A DNA stretch of 50,884 nt, taken from Octopus sinensis. Its lineage: Eukaryota. The position numbers and the translations under genes are program-made. Where the stretch lies: assembly GCF_006345805.1 (NCBI RefSeq), contig NW_021831896.1, positions 1 to 50,884 on the forward strand, written 5' to 3'. Below, piece after piece: positions 11,433 to 22,688 of the stretch (position 1 is the first letter of the stretch; every line of letters starts with the position of its first letter). The notes below the pieces were generated by a model, which ran no database searches, was not told the DNA's origin, and saw nothing but the letters and a program-made list of their open reading frames with translations.

Positions 11433-11641
11433 TAACGGGAAGCTTTATGAAAATAGACAAAAGACGAAGGCAGGTTTACGGAAATAAACAAAAGACGAAG
11501 GCAGGTGGAATACAAACAAACAATTGTATTAGTATGGCGCTCAGGAAATATAAATAAAACAAGTCTTTAACGTTTCGAGCCTACGCTCTTCAACAGAAAG
11601 ATACACAGAGAAAAAACACAGAAAGAAGGAGAGAAAAAAAA
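11433..11641 (-). mobile_element. PLE terminal-repeat family A
   Basis: Homologous to 973, 38955 and 42495. Confidence 0.8.
11565..11600 (-). ncRNA. Minimal type I HHR variant (family A)
   Basis: CUUU-CUGUUGA-A-GAGC guag GCUC-GAA-ACGU-U-AAAG. Confidence 0.6.
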
Positions 11642-12149
11642 TGATATATATATGTATGTGTGTGTATATGTTTGTGTGTCTGTGTTTGTCCCCCTAGCAT
11701 CGTTTGACAACCGATGGTGGTGTGTTTACATCCCCGTAACTTAGAGGTTCGGCAAAAGAGACCAATAGAATAAGTACTATGTTTACAAAGAATAAGTCTT
11801 GGGGTCGATTTGTTTGATTAAAGCAGTGCTCCAGCATGGCCACAGTCACATGATTGAAAGAAGTAAAAGAGTAATTTAGGAATTGTGTGGAAATATTGTT
11901 CAAATATTTCCTTTTATGATGAAGGATAACCAATTTATTGCTGATAAATTTCAATAAACAAATCTTAAATGGATCCCACCCTGAAGGGTCATATGAACGC
12001 AGGGGAAGAAATAATGATGTCATGGGATGATGAAGAGTGATGTAGTGGGGCGGTGGAGGTAATAGGTGGAGAGAGTTGGCAACATGTAGTAGGGGCCGGT
12101 GAAGGGTATTGAGCTGGAGAGATGCAGTGGTGTGGGATAGAGTGGGCTG

Positions 12150-13025
12150 GTGTTGATAGACAGTGACGTGGTGGTGGTGGTGGTGGTGGTAGTGGTGGTG
12201 GGGTGCGTTCAGGAGTTTGGTGGTGTTGGGTAACTGTAGGATGAAAGAGAGATGATGTGAGGGACTGTGGATGAAGAATGATGATGGCATGGTGGTGGTG
12301 GTGGTGGTGGTGTTTGGTAATGGTGCAGGGTAGAGGGCGGGGTATGCCTGCTGGGTGGACAGACAGTTATGACATCTTTCCTCTGGAATGCTGCACTGTT
12401 TCAGCTTCATAGCTGCTGTAGTGGTTGCGGTGGTGATGGTGGGGACGGTGGTGGTGGAGGTAGTGGTGGTGGGGGGGACGGTGGAGTTGGTGGTAGTGGT
12501 GGTGGCGGTGGTGGTGGTGGTGGTGTAGGTGGTGGTGGTGTAGGTGGTCACGGTGGTGGTGGAGGTAGTGGTGATGGTGGGGACGGTGGAGTTGGTGGTA
12601 GTGATTGTGGGTGTTATATTGATGGTGGTGCTGATGTTGTGCTGTTGACTGTTGCAGTGTGGTGGTGGTGGTTGTGGTGGTGGTGGTGTAGGTGGTGATG
12701 GTGTAGGGGTCACGGTGGTGGTGAGGTAGTGGTGTGTGGTGGGACGGTGGATGTTGGTGGTAGTGAGTGTGTTGTAGTTATATTGATTGTGGTGCTGCTG
12801 TTGACAGTGGTGGTGGTGGTGGTGGTGGTGGTGGTGGTGTGTGGTGGTGGTGGTTGATGGTGGTCACGGTGGTGGTGGAGGTAGTGGTGATGGTGGGGAC
12901 GGTGGAGTTTGTGGTAGTGATGTGGTGGTAGTTATCTGATGGTGGTGCTGCTGTTGACAGTGGTGGTGGTGGTGGTGGTGGTGGTGGTGGTGGTGGTGGT
13001 GGTGGTGGTGGTGGTCACGGTGGTG
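12150..13025. repeat. (GGT)n-derived array with higher-order ~155 bp units
   Basis: ggtcacggtggtgg...ggggacggtgga...ctgttgacagtgg recurs near 12546, 12709 and 12862. Confidence 0.8.
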
Positions 13026-13199
13026 GTTGAGCTAATGCTGCTGATGTTGCTTCTACTGCTGCTCTTGCAAGCTGTTTGCGCAACAGCTTGCAACTGATGC
13101 GTGAATCCCTGTTTTGTCTCAGTACAGTCTTATTTACAAGGGGGGGGGATCGGTGCAGCATCAGAGGATGCACTAGATGCAGCTGACACCACTGCACCA

Positions 13200-13691
13200 T
13201 GCAATGATGATGATGATGACGAAGAAGATGACAAGGATGATGATCTTGGTGATGACAACAACGACGACGACGATGATGATGATGATGAGGAGGAGGAGGA
13301 GGAGGAGGAGGAGGTGGAGGAGGAGGAGGAGGTGGAGGAGGAGAAAGATGCTATCAAAACAATCTTGCTGCTGCTGCTGCTGCTGTTGTTGCTGTGGTCT
13401 TTGCAGCAACTTTCATTGCTGCAGCTACTGCTGCTGTTAGTGACATCACTGCTGCACATGCTGCTGTTGCCACGGTTAAGTGTTGTAACTGCTGTATGTA
13501 CTGCTACTAGTGCTGCTGCTGCTCGTGTTGCTACTACAGGTGTTGCTTAATGTGCATGAACTGTTGCTGCAGCACGTACAGCAGCAGTGGTTGGAAGTGT
13601 AATAACTGCTGCTGCAGGTGCTGCTGTTGCAGCAGCTGTAGGTAATACAATGGCAGTCTCGACATTCTGCGACCGATGCTCAATAAGACAG

Positions 13692-13724
<33 letters not shown>

Positions 13725-13739
13725 CAGAGAGAGAGAGAC

Positions 13740-13772
<33 letters not shown>

Positions 13773-13805
13773 GAAAGAGAGAGAGAGAGACACAGAGAGA
13801 GACAC

Positions 13806-13858
<53 letters not shown>

Positions 13859-13875
13859 GAAAGAGAGAGAGAGAG

Positions 13876-13925
<50 letters not shown>
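13200..13925. repeat. (GAT)/(GAG)/(CTG) and (GA)/(CAGA) microsatellites
   Basis: Direct reading. Confidence 0.9.
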
Positions 13926-13926
<1 letters not shown>

Positions 13927-14180
13927 TGGATGTGACAAATGTAGAATCGAACACCTGACTTGCAAAACATTGCAACATTAATTCTATACAAGTACAATAT
14001 ATATTTACTAATTATACTAATATAAACTAATTATATGTATACCAATATACATACATGCATATGTATGTGCATTCGTGTGTGTGTGTGTGTATGTATATAC
14101 AAATAAACATATAAATTATATACATACATACATATATATATATATACAAATTATATATATGTGTGTATATATAGATATAT

Positions 14181-14330
14181 TCTGTTGTGTCTGGGGAGAG
14201 TAATTTAATCTAACACACTCACCGGTAAAATTTCCATTTATGTCTGTTTTATTTCTCTAACATTTTTGTTGCGTTTTGCAACCTTTCCAATAGTTTTGAC
14301 TCTGTCCGTTATTTAGACTGCGTACCTTTT
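14181..14330 (-). mobile_element. Dispersed repeat family I (PLE pLTR-like)
   Basis: Homologous to 43300-43460; terminus tgttgtgtctggggagag shared with ~17158; GUUGC/GCAAC hairpin on the minus strand. Confidence 0.55.
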
Positions 14331-14616
14331 TGTTTGTTTGTGTGCATGTGTGTGGATCAGTGTGTGTGTGTATGTGCCTATACATGCATGCATGTATGTT
14401 TGCATGTATTCATGTGTGTGTATGCATGCATGTGTGTGTGTGTGTGTGTGTGTATATGTATCTATATATGTGTGTACATTTGTATGTACGTATTCTGCAT
14501 ATTCATTTATATACACACACATATTTGATAAATGCCACTGCACGAAACTCTCTGCCCTTGAGTAACTCATATCATGAGTTCTATTTTTCCTGTTTGTATC
14601 ACCATTCCTATATATA

Positions 14617-14751
14617 GGGCATCCAGCTGTAGAAACTCTGCCAGATCAAGATTGGAGCCTGGCGCAGCCATCTGGTTCGCCAGTCTTCGGTCAAAATCGT
14701 CCAACCCATGCCAGCATGGAAAGCGGACGTTAAACGATGATGATGATGATG
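14617..14751 (+). mobile_element. S3 3' tail
   Basis: agggcatccagctgtagaaac...ggaaagcggacgttaaac(GAT)n. Confidence 0.8.
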
Positions 14752-14884
14752 CAAAAATTATATTTACCTGTATCTCTATTTTCGTTATTTGTGTATGTGT
14801 GTGTGTGTGTGTAAGTGTGTGTGTGTTTGTGTGTGTATGTGTGTGTGTAAGTGTGTGTGTGTATGTTGTGTGTGTGTGTGTTCG

Positions 14885-15258
14885 TGATTGACACCCAGTG
14901 TTGATGTGTTTGTGTCCTTATAACTTAGTGGTTCAGCAAAAGAGACTGATAGAATAGGTACCAGGTTTAAAACAAGAAAAATAAGTCCTGGGGGTCGATT
15001 CATTCGACTAAAGACTTTTCATGGTGGTGCCCCAGCATGGCCACAGTCTAATGACTGAAGCATGTAAAAAGTAATATATATATTTATATATGTATATATA
15101 TATATATAGGCACAGGAGTGGCTGTGTGGTAAGTAGTTTGCTTACCAACCACATGGTTCCAGGTTCAGTCCCATGGCATGGCAAGTGTTTTCTACCAAAG
15201 CCTTGTGACCAAAGCCTTGTAAGTGGATTTGGTAGACAGAAACTGAAAAAAGCCTGTC

Positions 15259-15318
<60 letters not shown>

Positions 15319-15530
15319 ATGTTTGTGTGTGTCTGCGTTTGTCCCTCCACCATTGCGTGACAACCGATGCTGGTGTGTTTACATCCCCGTAACTTAGCAG
15401 TTCATCAAAAACGATCGATAGAATAAATACTAGGCTTACAAAGAATAAGTTCTTCAGTTGATCTGTTTGACTAAAGGTGGTGCTCCTGCATGGCCACAGT
15501 CAAATGCCTGAAATAAATAAAATAGTAAAA
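14885..15530 (+). mobile_element. S1 3' half (14885-15072) and near full-length S1 (15106-15530)
   Basis: Match the S1 consensus. Confidence 0.85.
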
Positions 15531-15746
15531 GGGTAAAAAATATATATAATATATATATATATTCTTTTATTCTTTTATTCATTTCAGTTGCACAGCTTTA
15601 GTCATGCTGGAGCATATATAAAACTATAAAACCATTACTTCTTTTCCCATGACTTCTTTAATTTTACTTGCTAAATAGACTATTGTTTTGTGGAGACTAT
15701 TGAAAGCTTTCACTCAAATCCTCTCTATCACACACACACAGATATA

Positions 15747-17080
15747 CAGGGTGTTCTGGATAAATTTGGCTTTGCCTCCTTTTTAGGACTAGCTTGATGT
15801 ATTTGGTGAACAATCAACAGCGTTGGAGAGCATAAAGATTAAAGATGTAGTTGAGAAAAAGTTAGCTGACATAGAAGATGGAAACCATATGAATATTCAA
15901 AAAGAGTTACCTGTAGCCTGATAATTCATGCTGGGTATCAAAATGTCAACATTATGACTGCTGTTCAATGCTCTGTGGACACTAAAGGCTGTAATCTTCT
16001 TCTTCTTCTTCTTCTTACAGCATCCACCCGGGGTGGGTTGAGCTGGCTTCATTCATCCTCAATGCTGCATCTCTCACAAAAACAGACCAGGCCTGGCGAT
16101 TTGAGGCTAACGACCGCATGATCTCCAACCACTCCTTATTCCAACGGCGAACGCCATAGATATGGGGGCCTAGGTTGGGTTCCAGATCAGCCTTGACTGT
16201 CATCAGCCAGGTTTTTCGTTGTCCACCACATCGCTTTTGCCAACCCTGAAGGGGAGCTGGGGCAATTGCTTCGTAAATTGGGTTCCAGATCAGCCTTGAC
16301 TGTCATCAACCAGGTTTTTCATTGTCCACCACATTGCTTTTGCCAGCCCTGAAGGGGAGCTGGGGCAGTTGCTTCATAGATGACTTCTCCTGGTTGACGA
16401 CGGAGGGCATGACCCAGCTAACGCAGACGTCTCATTAGGATGACTTGTTGGAGGGAGGTGATTCTGCACTGGTGTCGCACCGAATTGTTGGAGACAAAGT
16501 GATGCCATCGGACATGAAGGATGCGGCGTAGACAGAGGTGATCGAAGGATTCTAGTCGCTTAATATCTTCCACCCTCATTGGCCATGACTCGCTCCTTCA
16601 AATATTCCTCAAAGGCTGTAATGGAAACTATGAAGCCATGGCAGGCCCAAAGGAACACAGCTAGGGCTCTGACTACTGGTAGCCATCCCCACATCTTTGG
16701 CCTGGTCCTTAGGCTGGTGATGTTGGAGACTGTGGTCAAACCCTAGCTAGAGAGGGTTGCTGCTGGAAGGAACATACGTGTGGCAGTGGGATTCTGCTCC
16801 TTGATACATCTCCATAAAGAGTCAGAAATGGTTGTCAGAATTTCTACGACTTCACCGGCTGCACTTTCTAGCATCCGTATTCCCCTGATTGTAATCCCAT
16901 GGATTATAATGTGTTGGATATGGATGAGAAAGACACCAACTGTTTTGTTCTGCTTGCAACACAAAGACCAAGCTGGTGGCCAAGATCAACGAGACGTTTG
17001 AAGATCTTCCCAAGAACACCATAGAAAACACAAGCGTCAGGTTCCAGAGCTGTCTTGAGGCCCGGATGGAAGTTGAGTCA
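15747..17080 (+). mobile_element. Internally deleted maT-like Tc1/mariner relic, interrupted by an RTE LINE
   Basis: TA|CAGGGTGTTCTGGATAAATT left TIR; IHAGYQNVNIM...GCNGNYEA; MLETVVKP*LERVAAGR, WQWDSAP, YSPDCNPMDY, CNTKTKLVAKINETFEDLPK; paralogous to 27158; right TIR not seen. Confidence 0.8.
15996..16610 (-). mobile_element. 5'-truncated RTE-clade LINE with 12 bp TSD
   Basis: ESWPMRVEDIKRLESFDHLCLRRILHVRW...RRLR*LGHALR...LASNRQAWSVFVRD; (GAA)n tail; TSD aaaggctgtaat at 15984-15995 and 16611-16622. Confidence 0.9.
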
Positions 17081-17466
17081 ATCGTTATCTCCCAGCCATA
17101 AGGTAGTTGGAGTTTTTTGAATTTTACGAATACTTTTGCTTTTGGATGGGATATATTTTGTTGTGTCTCGGGAGAATCATTATTAATAACACATGCACTG
17201 GTTCATTTCACTCCTTTATTATTAGTCAGTTGGTTAAGTTTCCATCCAATATTGGCAGAATGGTATTCCCAAGACACCACAAAATTTGTTTTAATGCACA
17301 AATTCGCATAAAGAATCTTGTAAACCAAATACAAAAACGAAATGTGTGTGTGTGTGTGTGTGTGTGTATCTTTATATATAGAGGAGAAAGAGAGGGAGAT
17401 GGAGAGAGAGGAAGAGAGAGGGTAGAAACACAGACAAATATAAATATTGGTATATATCATCATCGA

Positions 17467-17469
<3 letters not shown>

Positions 17470-17502
<33 letters not shown>

Positions 17503-17590
17503 TTAACATCCAAGTTCCATGTTGACATAGGTCGGACAGTGAGAAAGATCTCTTGAACCCAAGGACTGTGCTCTGCTCCAGTGTCTGTTC
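17470..17590 (-). mobile_element. S3-like 3' tail
   Basis: (CAT)n followed by ttaacatccaagttccatgttgacatagg. Confidence 0.6.
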
Positions 17591-17892
17591 CTCTCGACTA
17601 TTTAATCACAGCCTTTCTGCTGCTCCGTATTGTCAGACATCTCCTCCTTCCCCACTCACTCCTGGTCTCTCTACTCCACCCATTTCTACCTCTGCCTTGT
17701 ACCTTAAAAGTTCACCCAGACACCACATCACCTTTATATTTCATTGCTCTCCAGCTCCACCGTATCACTTCCACTTTCTTTTCCAAAATGTGAGCAGTCC
17801 TGCAGCTTCTGTACAGCAAATACCCCTGTTCTGCTCTGGCCCCTTCTCTCAGAGTTTTACCCCTCCTGTACCTTAATATAAACTCATCCCTA

Positions 17893-18059
17893 CAGACATG
17901 GCTGGGTAGTTAGAAGCTTGCTTCCCAACCACATGGCTCTGGTTTCAGACCCACTGTGTGACAACTTCAGCAAGTGTCTTCTACTATAGCCTTGAGCCGA
18001 CCAAAGCCTTGTGAGTGGATTTGGTAGACGGAAACTGAAAGAAGCCCATCGTATATATG

Positions 18060-18090
<31 letters not shown>

Positions 18091-18292
18091 TTGTGTGTTT
18101 GTGTTTATCCTCCTAGCATTGCTTGACAACCGATGCTGGTGTGTTTACATCCCTGTCACTTAGCGGTTTGGCAAAAGAGACCGATAAAATAAGTACTAGG
18201 CTTACAAAGAATAAGTCCCAAGGTCGAGTTGCTCGACTAAAGGCGGTGCTCCAGCATGGCCACAGTCAATGACTGCTGAAACAAGTAAAAGA
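17893..18292 (+). mobile_element. S1, full length
   Basis: Matches the S1 consensus. Confidence 0.9.
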
Positions 18293-18293
18293 T

Positions 18294-18329
<36 letters not shown>

Positions 18330-18390
18330 GTATATAATACTTACTATAGAGACTAAAGTGTATGTATGCTACTATATTTTTTATATATAA

Positions 18391-18873
18391 AAAATACGAA
18401 AATGGGACAAGAACGCAAAACATCCAAACAGTTAGGTGATACAAAAAAGGCACAACAAAACATCTGGACAGACGATACAAAGAAAACAAGGACAGGTCAT
18501 TCGCAGTTTTCTATCCTCTGTCAAGTTCCAGATTATCTTTGCAATTTCGGCTGGTTTTTGAAACAAGAAAGAAAGGTCAGGCTTGGCTGAACACCAGTCA
18601 CGTGGGGAGAGAAGAGAGAGAGGTAGAGGCAGAGGGATAGAAGAATCTAATGCTCTTAGCTTAGTTTTCTCCTTGGGGCTGGCCAGATTGGAGCAATCTC
18701 AAGTATAACCAGCTGAAATTGCAAAGATAGTCTGGAACTCAACTGAGGATAGAAAACTCCGAATGACCCATCCTTGTTTTCTTTGTATCATCTGTCTGGA
18801 TGTTTTGTTGTCCCTTTTTTTGTATCATCTAACTGTCTGGATGTTTTGCGTTCTTGTCCCATTTTTGTATTTT
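18391..18873. mobile_element. Inverted-repeat element, ~166 bp arms and ~150 bp spacer (family E)
   Basis: 18391-18556 is an imperfect reverse complement of 18707-18873; TA-rich flanks. Confidence 0.75.
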
Positions 18874-19041
18874 ATTACATACATATATATATATTATATC
18901 TATATATATAATATATGTGTGTATGTATATATATATATATGTATATATACATTATATATATATAATATATATATATATACATATATAAAAATAAATACAT
19001 ATATCAACAATATATATATATGTATATATAATATAAATAAT

Positions 19042-19074
<33 letters not shown>

Positions 19075-19133
19075 CTATATGATAGGTCCCGGGTTTGATT
19101 CGGGGTTAAACCACGTAAATAAGGTACTCAATA

Positions 19134-19181
19134 CTTCCTGAAGATTTCTCTTGAATGAAACAGTTTCTAGTCCTGTAGAAG
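19134..19181 (+). ncRNA. Type I HHR with full helix III and decayed helix II base
   Basis: CUUC-CUGAAGA-U UUC ucuu GAA U-GAA-ACAG uuucuaguc CUGU-A-GAAG, within a ~110 bp insert in (TA)n. Confidence 0.6.
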
Positions 19182-19384
19182 CTCCTTCTATATAATAAAT
19201 TATATATTATATATATATATATATAAACATACATATATATATAAGTATAATATACACATATATATGTGTACATTTATATATTATTATTATATAATATATA
19301 TATATTATATATATATATACACACATATATAATATATATCTAATATATATACACACACATAATATTATATATATACATATAGAT

Positions 19385-19602
19385 GTGTCTTTGTGTGTTT
19401 CTTGTCATCTGCCCACTTCCACCACTTGACAAGTACTGTTAATCTGTTTACATCCCTGCAACTTACCAGTTTGGCAAAAGACACCAACAGAATAAGCACC
19501 AGACTAAAGAAAAATGTACTCAGGTCGATACAGTCAACTAAAAATTCTTCAAGGCAGTGCCCCAGCATGGCCGCAGTCAAATGACTGAAACAAATAAAAG
19601 AG
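19385..19602 (+). mobile_element. S1 3' half
   Basis: Matches the S1 3' consensus. Confidence 0.75.
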
Positions 19603-19654
19603 AAGAAATTAACGATTTTCCTCTTAGTTCTTGTAGTCTTGTAAGCTCCATCTG

Positions 19655-19842
19655 TGCCTCACTAGTGCTGGTGGTGGCACAAGTCAGGCTCCCAGTACTT
19701 AGGGTGAAGTGGCTGGCATTAGGAAGGGCATCAAGCCACAGAACCTATGATTACGCAGACGCTGGAGCCTGATTAATTCCTTGGGCCCAATCCTATCCAA
19801 CTGCTTGACTCATGCCTGCATCGATGTTGAATGATGATGACG
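19655..19842 (+). mobile_element. S3, diverged
   Basis: ggcattaggaagggcatc...gttgaatgatgatg. Confidence 0.6.
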
Positions 19843-20044
19843 TGAGTGAATTTGGTAGGCGGAAGCTCTGTCTTGGGTATATGTGTGTGTGTGGAAGAGC
19901 TCATCCCTTCTTGCACACACACACACACACACACACACACAATGTATGTAGGTGTATGCATATGTGTATATGTGCATATGTATATGTAAATATCTATATA
20001 TTATGCTTGTATATATAAATCTGTTTATCTGCCCATTTCAATAT

Positions 20045-20048
20045 TCAT

Positions 20049-20082
<34 letters not shown>

Positions 20083-20083
20083 G

Positions 20084-20154
<71 letters not shown>

Positions 20155-20205
20155 GTCTATCTATCTACCTATCTAGCTGTCTGTCTGTCTGTCTGTCTGT
20201 CTGTA

Positions 20206-20247
<42 letters not shown>

Positions 20248-20440
20248 CTTAAACTGTCTGTCCATTCGTCCGTCTGTCTGTCCGTCTGTCTGCTTGCCTG
20301 TCTGTCTGTCTATCTTTCTGTCTGTCTGTCTATCTGTCTATCTATCTATCCATCTATCTGTCTATCTAATCTCTCTCTTTCTCTCTCTCCCTCTCTATCT
20401 ACCTATCTATCTATCTATCTATCATCTTATGTGTCTGTAT
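20045..20440. repeat. (ATCC)/(ATCT)/(GTCT) tetranucleotide microsatellites
   Basis: Direct reading. Confidence 0.9.
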
Positions 20441-20910
20441 GTAGGTCTCTCTCAAAGCCCCGGCCATCCCTTAACCTGTCTCCCAACTTATTGATTCCCC
20501 AAATCAATCATGCATGTGTCCGCCACCAACACACAAACACATAAACGCAGTACAGTGTGCGAATGCTGTGTACATTCCTGTTGAACACTTGACAACTTTT
20601 CTGCGGATATTTCAGAAGGCATGTGGGTGTGAGTAATCATTGCTGGGGTTTATCAGTGTGAAGGAATTTGGTGGTGGCAGCAAGTAACCAGTATCCAGTA
20701 GTAAGGAATTTCTTTTGTTCAACAAAGGGTTCGACCAAGACAACATCAGTAACATTAGCAACATAACTGGCACCAACAACGGCTTTGGTTTGAGAAATAT
20801 AACAGCGAAAACAACCCCACTACACCCGACAAACTGATCACATTTATAAACTGATTTCTTATGCTTACTTACCAGTCTGTCTGATTGCCTTTCTGTCTGT
20901 CTGTCAGTTC

Positions 20911-20960
<50 letters not shown>

Positions 20961-21419
20961 ATGTATCTCCTTAGTCGGTTAGAGCATTCCAACTGATCAA
21001 AATGTAAACTCTACAGTGTTCATTTTGTCATGGTCTTCCACCCAGGGTACTCAAAATGGAAACTTTTATTATTATATATGCTTTTTTTAAAAATTTAAAT
21101 TAGGTGTGAAGCGAAACAATTGTAGGCAATGTTAATTAATAAATTAATTCACATCTATTGAATCTCTCTATTTCCAAACTTATTAATAATATATATATAT
21201 CATATACATACACACACACACACACACATATACATATACATATATACACACACATGCACATATATATATATATACACACACATGTGCATACATATTTACA
21301 TATATATATACATATATATATATATGCACATACATACACACATACTTATAATCATATATATATATGTGTGTATATATATTATATATATATATATATGGGT
21401 ATATACATATATAATTCAT

Positions 21420-21641
21420 AAGGTTGTGATCTGGTAAAACATTTGGTACATCAGGCAAAATGTTTTGCGGCATTTCATCTGTCTGCATGCTCCGAGTTCA
21501 AATTCTCCTAAGGTTGATTTTGCTTTCCATCCTTTCGGGGTTGAAAAAATAAAAGTAAGTACCAGTTGAGTGCTGGGGTCAATCTGATCGAACTATACCA
21601 ACACCCAGATGTGCTGGCTTTGTGCCAGAACTTGAAAGAAT
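21420..21641 (+). mobile_element. S2
   Basis: ttgctttccatcctttcggggttg...aagtaccagttgagtgctggggtcaat. Confidence 0.8.
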
Positions 21642-22030
21642 ATATATATATATATATATATATATATTGCTTTCAAGTTCTAATTATATATATAATTCAT
21701 TTATATATACACACACACACAGATAGATCGATATAAATATATAAATAGATAGATAGATAGAAAGATAGATATAATAAATATATATATAATATAATATAAT
21801 AAAATATATAACAGTAAATGTAGTAAATATATATATAGTAATATCCTATATATATCAATATATTTATATACATATATATATATATATACACATACATACA
21901 CATACATACACATACATACAATACACACACCCATTGGCATATATATACATATAAACCTATATAATTATATATATAAACATATATATAATTATATATATGT
22001 ATATATTTACACATATATAAACACACATAC

Positions 22031-22126
22031 ACACACATATTGGCATCGAACGAATTCCCAAATATTGCTCCAAGTTTCTCAGTGACTGTCCAAAGATCAA
22101 CAATCAGAAACTCCAAGTACCAATTT
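22031..22126 (-). CDS. Candidate 96 nt internal exon, unknown gene
   Basis: aatttcag acceptor and gtatgt donor; only one open frame, NWYLEFLIVDLWTVTEKLGAIFGNSFDANMC; the donor lies at a microsatellite edge. Confidence 0.25.
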
Positions 22127-22272
22127 CTGAAATTTCATTTATCATCCAATAAATAGTATTACTTTACTTTCTGTATTGAGTTGTTTCTTTGTTCCTGTTT
22201 TACACCTCAGTGTATGCAATATTGTGTATGTGTATATAAATACATATATATATATAATATACACACACATAT

Positions 22273-22688
22273 ATAGGTGCAGGAGTGGCTGTGTGGTAAG
22301 TAGCTTGCTAACCAACCACATGGTTCCGGGTTCACTCCCACTGCATGGCATCTTGGGCAAGTGTCTTCTGCTATAGCCCCGGGCCGACCAATGCCTTGTG
22401 AGTGGATTTGGTAGACGGAAACTGAAAGAAGCCTGTCGTATATATGTATATATATATATGTGTGTGTGTGTTTGTGTGTCTGTGTTTGTCCCCCTAGCAT
22501 TGCTTGACAACCGATGCTGGTGTGTTTACATCCCCGTCACTTAGCGGTTTGGCAAAAGAGACTGGTAGAATAAGTACTGGGCTTACAAAGAATAAGTCCT
22601 GGGGTCGACTTGCTCGACTAAAGGCAAAGCTCCAGCATGGCCGCAGTCAAATGACTGAAACAAGTAAAAGAATAAAAGAATAAAAGAA
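22273..22688 (+). mobile_element. S1, full length
   Basis: Matches the S1 consensus; (AATAAAAG)n tail. Confidence 0.9.

Larger units (their letters stand above)
11238..11871 (+). mobile_element. S1 split by a PLE family A insert
   Basis: 5' half to ~11430, 3' half from ~11645. Confidence 0.85.

Noticed and set aside
11694-13978. 339 aa Thr/Pro-rich ORF and adjacent acidic, poly-Leu and poly-Gln ORFs
   Set aside because: They are open because GGT, GAG, CTG and GA repeats lack stops; there is no recognisable domain or convincing splice structure.
18735-18780. CUGAGGA...GAAU as a hammerhead
   Set aside because: It lacks A15.1-U16.1 and a consistent helix I.
20512-20636. Short plus-strand ORF ending KACGCE*, reminiscent of TGF-beta C-termini
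   Set aside because: The other cystine-knot cysteines are absent and the splice context is weak.
20612-20992. 126 aa minus-strand ORF with a gtaagt donor-like site near 20870
   Set aside because: The upstream part is microsatellite, there is no good acceptor, and the peptide is unrecognised.
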